DNA of 64,000 nucleotides from a virus: IMG/VR virus record IMGVR_UViG_3300043438_002264, positions 60,541 to 124,540 of that record; one strand, 5' to 3'. Shown piece by piece: positions 57,999 to 64,000 of this stretch (position 1 is its first letter; each line of letters starts with the position of its first letter). The notes under the pieces were generated by a model. It saw only the letters and a program-made list of their open reading frames with translations, ran no database searches and was not told where the DNA came from. The position numbers and the translations under genes were made by a program.

Positions 57999-58025
57999 AC
58001 ACCTGAGCAAGTGTAAAAACTGCTC
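57999..58025 (+). ncRNA. Putative H-type pseudoknot, copy 3
   Basis: ACAC-CTGAGCA-A-GTGT-AAAAA-CTGCTC. Confidence 0.5.
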
Positions 58026-58145
58026 CCTCTTTTGGGGCTAGCCAACTTTACATAAAATAATTAACACCAAAAAATTCTTTACGAACAATCAAAAAAATCC
58101 CCCGAAATCGTTGACTTTGTCGGTGGGTATCAGTATAATATACCT

Positions 58146-58532
58146 ATGAACGTAAAAACCCTAAACCACATTGAAACTGCAAAAGTCCTTGGTCTCAAGA
58201 AGGGCGTTATTGTTTATCCTCATGCTGTTGTCAATACCCGCAAAGGTTTGGCAACTGTATCCTTTGAAGGTGTTGGATGGTTTGAAGACGAGTGCATGTA
58301 TCCAGTCCTTGTTGGAGACGAATACAACAGCTGGATGGCAAAGCTTACTAAGGAGCAACTGCTAAGCTTAGTAAGAGAAGAACCAGGAATGACCCTGCAT
58401 AAACTAATAGACCCAATCAACGATAGAACACGATCTAATCTGTGGATTTGGGAAAATCAAATCAAAGACTTTGACCAAAATGTCGTAGGGTCAGAGTATA
58501 ATGAACTGAAAAGAGAGGAAGCCCATGCCTGA
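58146..58532 (+). CDS. Hypothetical protein (leaderless)
   Basis: ATG 6 nt after TATAAT. Confidence 0.6.
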   Translation: MNVKTLNHIETAKVLGLKKGVIVYPHAVVNTRKGLATVSFEGVGWFEDECMYPVLVGDEYNSWMAKLTKEQLLSLVREEPGMTLHKLIDPINDRTRSNLWIWENQIKDFDQNVVGSEYNELKREEAHA

Positions 58533-58704
58533 ATTTAGAGTACAAAGAGAATACACCAACTGGGAAGAGATTACAGTTGAAGCAGATACACAAGAAGAGG
58601 CCTTAGACCTTGCTCAAGATGATGAGGACCTTTGGGAGTATGCAATTGATGCTACCACATACAACTACACAGGCGAGTATTGGGTAGGAGAAGACGATGA
58701 GTAA
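58525..58704 (+). CDS. Small acidic protein (VEAxxxxEA family)
   Basis: MPEFRVQREYTNWEEITVEADTQEEALDLA...; GAGGA RBS. Confidence 0.6.
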   Translation: MPEFRVQREYTNWEEITVEADTQEEALDLAQDDEDLWEYAIDATTYNYTGEYWVGEDDE

Positions 58705-58820
58705 GCACATTCATTACTATGCATACGGAGCCTGCACTCATTGTGGCAAGGTAGTAAACAAAGGATTAGGTGTTGACTTATACAAAGGCAAGAGAGTATA
58801 ATGGAGAAAGGAGAAAATAA

Positions 58821-58964
58821 ATGACAATGGATGAACTAATGGAATACATTCTAAGAGAACTCCCTAATGCTGTATTTGGCGAGGAACACACTAACGGAGA
58901 AATCCTAATCGCAACTGGATTAGTAGAAGGCAAAAACGGAACCCTATCAGATTTGGATGACTAA
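58821..58964 (+). CDS. Small hypothetical protein
   Basis: MTMDELMEYILRELPNAVFGEE...; AAGGAG RBS; sigmaA-like promoter at 58772-58801. Confidence 0.55.
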   Translation: MTMDELMEYILRELPNAVFGEEHTNGEILIATGLVEGKNGTLSDLDD

Positions 58965-59359
58965 TGGAGCCAACAGAATACAAAGGCTGGGATGAGTGGG
59001 CTAAAAAGTTCAAGCCTATTCAGAATCACTTTTACCCAGACCAACCAGAAACCACAATGTTTGAAACTTATGGTGAAGAAGTAGAGTTTGTCAATAACTA
59101 TGACCATAGGTATGTTTGGACTAATCTTACTGGAGACATGTCAGACCTTATTTGTGCTGGCTATCACTATGTAAATAGGATTGGTTATTACATTACTGAG
59201 GTACCGTGGGATAATGAGGATGACTATGCTTTACTATCAGTTGAGGTAGAGTGTGAATGCTACAACGAAGATGGCTATGAAAATGGCGAGTATGGAAAAG
59301 CAGACTGTAAAGAATGCGAAGGTTATGGAATGATAACGAGGTATCTCGATGAGGACTAA
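58964..59359 (+). CDS. Hypothetical protein with C-terminal Cys cluster
   Basis: FETYGEE...GYHYVNRIGYYITEVPW...CEC...CKECEG. Confidence 0.65.
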   Translation: MEPTEYKGWDEWAKKFKPIQNHFYPDQPETTMFETYGEEVEFVNNYDHRYVWTNLTGDMSDLICAGYHYVNRIGYYITEVPWDNEDDYALLSVEVECECYNEDGYENGEYGKADCKECEGYGMITRYLDED

Positions 59360-59684
59360 TAGTATTGATAAGACTAAGTTTATCTATGACCTAAACATCT
59401 ATCAGCTGGAGGAGCTGGACGCTGATGGTGAGTACAGGTATATGGGGCCATGGTATATCCATGTCTATGAATACACTGGTAACACGACGGAAGAGGTATC
59501 AGTTCCGATCGAGCTGACTCAAGATGAGTATAATAATATACTTAGAGATGACCCATACTATGATGAAAACGATGTCTGGTATGGCCTGGACGGATTCATG
59601 TTTGAAAAATGGAACAACCTGTCAGATAGACTCAAGTTTATCTTTGAGTCCCTACCTAAATACAAGGAAGAAGTTTTATTTTGA
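59349..59684 (+). CDS. Hypothetical protein
   Basis: 111-aa ORF in the operon. Confidence 0.55.
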   Translation: MRTNSIDKTKFIYDLNIYQLEELDADGEYRYMGPWYIHVYEYTGNTTEEVSVPIELTQDEYNNILRDDPYYDENDVWYGLDGFMFEKWNNLSDRLKFIFESLPKYKEEVLF

Positions 59685-59764
59685 TACTTGACAAACTAAT
59701 AGGATTCCTGTACAATGGAATAGCAATACAAAACAATAACCAACAACCCAATAGGAGTAATAAA

Positions 59765-59923
59765 ATGGCAAAGAAGAACAAGGCAAAAACCTATCCTTAT
59801 CTTGAGACTTGGGACACACGCTATGGTATGAGTCAGCGTGTGGTTCTACGCAAGGATGGTAAGTTCGTAGATAACATCTCACTTACCGCACTGAAGCAAG
59901 GGGTTAGGGTTTCCTCTCGCTAA
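59765..59923 (+). CDS. Small basic protein
   Basis: MAKKNKAKTYP...; TTGACA/TACAAT promoter upstream and AGGAG RBS. Confidence 0.6.
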   Translation: MAKKNKAKTYPYLETWDTRYGMSQRVVLRKDGKFVDNISLTALKQGVRVSSR

Positions 59924-59997
59924 TCAGTAAATGAGAAAAGGGGGGCACAGGTTCAGGCTTGTGTCCCCTTTCCCGTTCTGGTATAATGAGAGGACCT

Positions 59998-60210
59998 ATG
60001 AGAAGAAGAATAAAAACAGAAGAAGAAAAAGCAGCATTGAAGTTAGCAACAATTGTTTCTGATGTGAGATTAGACTTAGATGAAGTTGGTATCTATCTTG
60101 GAAGATACGCACCAGCAGTTTCATACAACAGACTAATACTTGTAGCAGAATCAGCAGAGTTTGAGAAAGAGAGTATAGATGTCCGAAACACCCACGAACC
60201 ACTTTTTTAG
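59998..60210 (+). CDS. Hypothetical protein
   Basis: MRRRIKTEEEKAA...; GAGG RBS. Confidence 0.6.
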   Translation: MRRRIKTEEEKAALKLATIVSDVRLDLDEVGIYLGRYAPAVSYNRLILVAESAEFEKESIDVRNTHEPLF

Positions 60211-60460
60211 AAAGTGTGAGATTCTTGGAGAGCTTTGGCTCAACTATCGTAATGACGAACAGTTCCAAGACTTTATAGAATACAACGACTTGGGCTTGCC
60301 ACTTGCTTATGCGTTTGCTAATGAAATTGCCAAAGAGACAGAGCTGGCAGAAAGATATGTAAATGAAAGCTATGACCTACTCGCAGAATCTTTGGGGGTA
60401 TCAGGAACAGAACCATTTGATAGTCTTGAAGATATGTTAGAACAGTCAGTAGGAGAATAA
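60179..60460 (+). CDS. Hypothetical protein (paralog of 60460-60786)
   Basis: ILGELW...EYNDLGLPLA. Confidence 0.6.
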   Translation: MSETPTNHFFRKCEILGELWLNYRNDEQFQDFIEYNDLGLPLAYAFANEIAKETELAERYVNESYDLLAESLGVSGTEPFDSLEDMLEQSVGE

Positions 60461-60786
60461 TGCCAGAGACACTACATTCAGATAAGAGAGCTATCCTTGC
60501 TCAAATGTGGGAAGAGGACAGAGAGAATCTGGCTCTTCAGAAATTGTTTGAGTATGGAGATATTGGATTTCCACTCGCAAGCTCTATAGAGAATGATATT
60601 GTTGCCAGCACCTTAGTAGCAGAAAAATACATTGAGGATTTGTGGAATGTAATGCTTCAGTATTTTGGTGTTGAGGATACAGGAGAGTATGACCACTGGA
60701 CGGACATCGCAGATGCGGCTGGTTGGGAGTGGGTAGAAAACTCAGAAGTTCCAGCGTATCTTGAAAAGTTAGAAAAAGAAAACTAA
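60460..60786 (+). CDS. Hypothetical protein (paralog of 60179-60460)
   Basis: ILAQMW...EYGDIGFPLA. Confidence 0.6.
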   Translation: MPETLHSDKRAILAQMWEEDRENLALQKLFEYGDIGFPLASSIENDIVASTLVAEKYIEDLWNVMLQYFGVEDTGEYDHWTDIADAAGWEWVENSEVPAYLEKLEKEN

Positions 60787-60859
60787 TAGACTTGCCCTCA
60801 CTTAAGGTGGGGGTAAAGTCGGCTAGCCCTATCAAATTGAGATATCCAAATAGCCAAAT

Positions 60860-61450
60860 ACCATTACGAACGCTATCATATTTTTCCCAAATTGTCAAAT
60901 ACTATTTTCCCAAATAGGATTACGATCCTAATATGTTTTTCCCCAAAATGGGATTACGATCCATAGGATCTTTTTCCCAAATAGGGGTATAATTGGTATA
61001 TGAGCCCAAGAAGATATTTCACACACTTCACAAATATGTATGTTCCCATAGATGATAATGTTAACTATGGTACTAACCTATGGTTTACCTTTACTGCTAT
61101 TACAGGTATATCTAAGCTCTTCACATATACCCCCGATTTTTTGCAGGGGCAGGAGCAGCAGCCGCAGGCTGCAGATTCCCAGGGTATTGAAGACACCTTG
61201 GATAACAAATCCCTCTAGTATAATATACATTACGAACCCTTTGGATTTTTCCCCAAATATGGGATATGTTTCTTAAAATAACATTACGATTATCAAATAT
61301 TTTATCCCAAATTGGGGATATTATTGTATGTTTTATATGCGGATATTTGGCATACAAGGATACAGTATTTGGTATTTGATATACAGTATTTGGTACTTGA
61401 CAAATGAGGGAAAGTGTGATAGGCAATTTGGGCCTTACGAACCCTCAATC
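60860..61450. repeat. Dispersed TTACGA...TTTTCCC(C)AAAT repeats
   Basis: At least five TTACGA/TTT(T)CCCAAA pairs, several followed by GGG that can fold back. Confidence 0.65.
61000..61218 (+). CDS. Hypothetical protein (leaderless)
   Basis: ATG 6 nt after TATAAT; lies inside the repeat region. Confidence 0.4.
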   Translation: MSPRRYFTHFTNMYVPIDDNVNYGTNLWFTFTAITGISKLFTYTPDFLQGQEQQPQAADSQGIEDTLDNKSL

Positions 61451-61506
61451 AGAAATGCCCCATTACCCATATCTCTCCACAACCATCCACAAATAGCCAA
61501 ATAGAT

Positions 61507-61567
61507 TTATCCACAGTAAGATGTATATGTGGATAACTTGTGAATAACTTATCAAATATGTGTATAA
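61507..61567. promoter_or_regulatory. DnaA-box cluster 2
   Basis: TTATCCACA 61507, TGTGGATAA 61528, TGTGAATAA 61539, TGTGTATAA 61559. Confidence 0.7.
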
Positions 61568-61847
61568 GTTTTTAAAATTTGGGGGTATTTAGATCTTCGG
61601 ATGGGCGGCTATCGTTTATTCAAATATGCCAATATGAGAGCACAAACGCCAAATAGGATTGTCAGGCATATGATGATTTGGTCATTTGTCATGTATCCAG
61701 TATAGCAAGATTTCTGGATTATTTCTTCAATGTTATTAATGAGCATATGAGGGTTATTGCTATCATCCAAACCATCACGTTATCCAACATAGGTTATTCC
61801 TTATACTAGGGATTACGAAGGCTCGTTTTAATACCCCCGAAATTATC

Positions 61848-61923
61848 TGGTGCCCTCAGTTGGACTCGAACCAACACTGAATAGATTTTAAGTCTACTTC
61901 CTCTGCCATTGGGATATGAGGGC
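61848..61923 (-). tRNA. tRNA-Leu(UAA), 76 nt, short variable loop, CCA encoded
   Basis: GCCCTCA acceptor stem, anticodon arm GTAGA-CTTAAAA-TCTAT, T-arm GTTGG-TTCGAGT-CCAAC, ACCA end. Confidence 0.92.
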
Positions 61924-61929
61924 TAATGA

Positions 61930-62130
61930 CTATTTTCTACCCCAACTGACTTTAAGCCAAAACCTTTCATGGATGTAATACAATACAAAGTTAATAAGAT
62001 TTGATATCAAGGATAGGGATGCTGCAAACTCCCAGCTGTTGGTCATTACGAACCCAACTCCAAATGTCACGAATATTGCTATTAGTCTCCAGGTTATGGA
62101 CTTAGCTAGTGAACGTCTTTTACTGACCAT
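61930..62130 (-). CDS. DUF2061-like membrane protein
   Basis: RSLAKSITWRLIA...LYYIHERFW...WG. Confidence 0.8.
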   Translation of the reverse strand: MVSKRRSLAKSITWRLIAIFVTFGVGFVMTNSWEFAASLSLISNLINFVLYYIHERFWLKVSWGRK

Positions 62131-62335
62131 CTATTTCCCAGTCTTTGGCATATCCATAACATACCCCACCTGTGGTCATATCCCAAATAGCGATCTCTCC
62201 TAGCTGGAGATATTTGACCTGAGTTGGGGATGTGATATGGAACATCCATTTGCCTTCTGGAATAGCAAATTCAGTATCTGAGTCACTCATTCGATTGATA
62301 TGTGTGTCTCTCTTGGCTGTTGCAAATTGGCTCAT
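62120..62335 (-). CDS. Hypothetical protein (leaderless)
   Basis: ATG 6 nt after a consensus TTGACA-17-TATAAT promoter. Confidence 0.6.
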   Translation of the reverse strand: MSQFATAKRDTHINRMSDSDTEFAIPEGKWMFHITSPTQVKYLQLGEIAIWDMTTGGVCYGYAKDWEIDGQ

Positions 62336-62341
62336 ATATAA

Positions 62342-62399
62342 ATTATACAGGGGACACTAGAGAATGTCAAGCACTTGTGCTTGCATTAATCTCTATTTA
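62342..62399 (-). promoter_or_regulatory. Consensus sigmaA promoter with conserved upstream element, copy 1
   Basis: TAAATAGAGATTAATGCAAGCACAAGTGC-TTGACA-N17-TATAAT. Confidence 0.75.
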
Positions 62400-62410
62400 C
62401 CGCCGAACTT

Positions 62411-63169
62411 TTAGTTATTAGTTTCAATAATACGGGTGTATGTAATATCGCTATTGCCGTTGCCTTTAGCCCAGTTTTTTATCGAACGAACTTCAGTCCT
62501 GTCTCCTGGCTTACCCCCAGCGTGGATCATTTCGTCAGGGCCTATATAGATTCCGATGTGATAGGCACTACCATAACTTTGATAGTTAAAAGACACAAGG
62601 TCCCCAATCTTAGGAACAGTGACAATGGCTCCAGATAGTCTTTGCTTTGTTGCACTGTGCTCTAGATCAACACCCAGGTGAGCATATGTCCACATAACCA
62701 TTCCTGAGCAGTCCCAAGCTGATGGCGTGGATCCGCTAAAGACCCAAGGTGTTTTTCCAATTTGCTTTTTAACCAAGACTAAAGTTTCATTCAACTTCTT
62801 GGTATCGCTGGCAACTTTTTCCAGTCTGGCAATCTCTGCCTCTAGCTCATCTTGTTTTTTCTCAGCGTCGGACTTGAGCTTATCCTTTGCTGCCTTCTCC
62901 TGAGCCATCCAATCAACGGAACCAACAAGTGGTGCGTCTGAAGCCAGGACTGGCCCAACTGCCAACTCTAGAGCCTTCACTGGCCCTGAGAAGATAACTT
63001 CTGTTGTTACTGGAGAATCAATTACTGGTGTTGGCTTTGTTACTTGTGTTACTGGTTGTTCTATGTTTGATGACTCAGTTGACTCTATCATAGCTCCAAA
63101 AGCTACTCCAGTGCCACTTGTCAGTAGCAGTGCAATCATACCAATTGCTATGAACCTTTTTTCTTTCAT
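62411..63169 (-). CDS. NlpC/P60 (C40) peptidoglycan peptidase with signal/TM N-terminus
   Basis: GKTPWVFSG...WDCSGMV...HIGIYIG...MIHA catalytic motifs. Confidence 0.9.
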   Translation of the reverse strand: MKEKRFIAIGMIALLLTSGTGVAFGAMIESTESSNIEQPVTQVTKPTPVIDSPVTTEVIFSGPVKALELAVGPVLASDAPLVGSVDWMAQEKAAKDKLKSDAEKKQDELEAEIARLEKVASDTKKLNETLVLVKKQIGKTPWVFSGSTPSAWDCSGMVMWTYAHLGVDLEHSATKQRLSGAIVTVPKIGDLVSFNYQSYGSAYHIGIYIGPDEMIHAGGKPGDRTEVRSIKNWAKGNGNSDITYTRIIETNN

Positions 63170-63316
63170 TTAGCGACCTACCTTTCCTTGTTAGTTAGTA
63201 CTCGGTCGTTGAGCGTTAGTGGGTGGTTTACCCTATTAAGTTATAAACCCTTGAGACAGACACATCCATCTCAAAGGGGTACTACTATTTTACCATAAAT
63301 TAAGACAAAATACACA

Positions 63317-63571
63317 TTACTTAGTTTTATTTTTAGTTTTTAGCTTTAGGTTAGTGACCTTTTTTAGCCAAGGTTTCTCTGAATATCTGGCCCATTCATA
63401 GATAAAGATGCAGGCTGCAATAAGCAGTCCAAGGGAGGCTGACTGCACAATGTAGTAAGGGGTTGGATCAATTAGATAAGTTTCCCAAGGGAAGCTATAA
63501 GCCACCACTGGGAATGCAATGATGTTTCCAAACACTACGGCAACTACAATACTCTTGTAAACGTTTTTCAT
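63317..63571 (-). CDS. Two-TM membrane protein
   Basis: Two hydrophobic segments, basic tail, AAGGAG RBS. Confidence 0.6.
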   Translation of the reverse strand: MKNVYKSIVVAVVFGNIIAFPVVAYSFPWETYLIDPTPYYIVQSASLGLLIAACIFIYEWARYSEKPWLKKVTNLKLKTKNKTK

Positions 63572-63603
63572 TTGTTCTCCTTGTTAGTTAAATCTTATGT
63601 ATC

Positions 63604-63661
63604 ATTATACAGGTGGTGCTAGAGGATGTCAAGTACTTGTACTTGTATTAATCTCTATTTA
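63604..63661 (-). promoter_or_regulatory. Consensus sigmaA promoter with conserved upstream element, copy 2
   Basis: TAAATAGAGATTAATACAAGTACAAGTAC-TTGACA-N17-TATAAT. Confidence 0.75.
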
Positions 63662-63964
63662 TCAAAATCCCAGAAATGCGTACCTTATCGCCCTATCCAG
63701 TAGCTTGCTGTGATAGTAAATAGGATCAACTCTGTTAAGCCCTCCATGGATATTCCACTTAGCTCTGTTAAAACAGTTTGGACTATCTATCGGCCATGCG
63801 TTTAGCCCAACGTAAACGAAACGGTTTGCAGTTTCAGTAAAAATCCCAGCACCACTATCTCCATCACATCCTGCACCAGTTTTCTTACTGGTTTTTGTCC
63901 AACCCCATTTTTCATAGGGGTCAGTAAATGCAGGCCAATAATGTTTGTCAAGACGATTGTCCAT
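63662..63964 (-). CDS. Hypothetical protein (may begin further upstream)
   Basis: 100-aa ORF at the window edge; GCDGDSGAG loosely resembles the trypsin-like GDSGG motif. Confidence 0.45.
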   Translation of the reverse strand: MDNRLDKHYWPAFTDPYEKWGWTKTSKKTGAGCDGDSGAGIFTETANRFVYVGLNAWPIDSPNCFNRAKWNIHGGLNRVDPIYYHSKLLDRAIRYAFLGF

Positions 63965-64000
63965 TACAAGGTTGTAATGCTTCTCATCTACAAAGGGAAA

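Larger units (their letters stand above)
51844..58502 (+). promoter_or_regulatory. Series of 11 rightward TGTC-N12-TANNNT promoters
   Basis: Starts at 51844, 52602, 53251, 54369, 54687, 55379, 55947, 56159, 56925, 58118 and 58481, all with identical spacing. Confidence 0.8.

Noticed and set aside
51766-60828. GGCTAGCC modules as integron attC sites or CRISPR repeats
   Set aside because: No RYYYAAC/GTTRRRY ends, no integrase in the window, and irregular kb-scale spacing
61052-61426. ORFs 61052-61276 and 61121-61426
   Set aside because: Low-complexity translations of the repeat region without start signals
1-64000. Alternative genetic code, diversity-generating retroelement or integrated prophage
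   Set aside because: Long genes are intact in code 11 with all three stop codons used; no reverse transcriptase, TR/VR pair, integrase or host genes seen

Overview
A 64-kb segment of an AT-rich tailed dsDNA phage (siphovirus-like, long non-contractile tail). It most likely infects freshwater Actinobacteria, as judged from leaderless genes, PafBC/RecA-NDp-type promoters, tRNA-Leu(UAA), a PASTA-domain protein and NlpC/P60. Positions 1-48.1 kb are one minus-strand block. In order of transcription it contains a holin-like gene, an unusually large accessory fibre/adhesin cluster with 2OG-Fe(II) oxygenases, portal, prohead protease, major capsid, head-tail genes, major tail protein, two paralogous tail chaperones, a 2710-aa tape measure, tail-tip genes and the 5' end of a DnaB-like helicase. 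Positions 48.3-50.6 kb hold plus-strand accessory genes. Positions 51-61 kb are an early-gene-like region of small ORFs arranged in cassettes and flanked by two DnaA-box clusters; a tRNA and minus-strand genes follow. No terminase, integrase or CRISPR array is visible. Main observations: (1) twelve promoters with the fixed geometry TGTC-N12-TANNNT (seven with exact TGTCGG-N10-TANNNT), matching the actinobacterial PafBC-dependent DNA-damage promoter; (2) a repeated intergenic module of covarying pseudoknot, GGCTAGCC palindrome and TTACGA motif; (3) a tape measure carrying DUF3626/ART-like and HNH-like cargo; (4) three adaptor+tip fibre pairs, one with a Phe-rich octapeptide repeat, a C-terminal Hint domain and adjacent oxygenases. 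All family assignments come from motif recognition by eye; no database searches were run.
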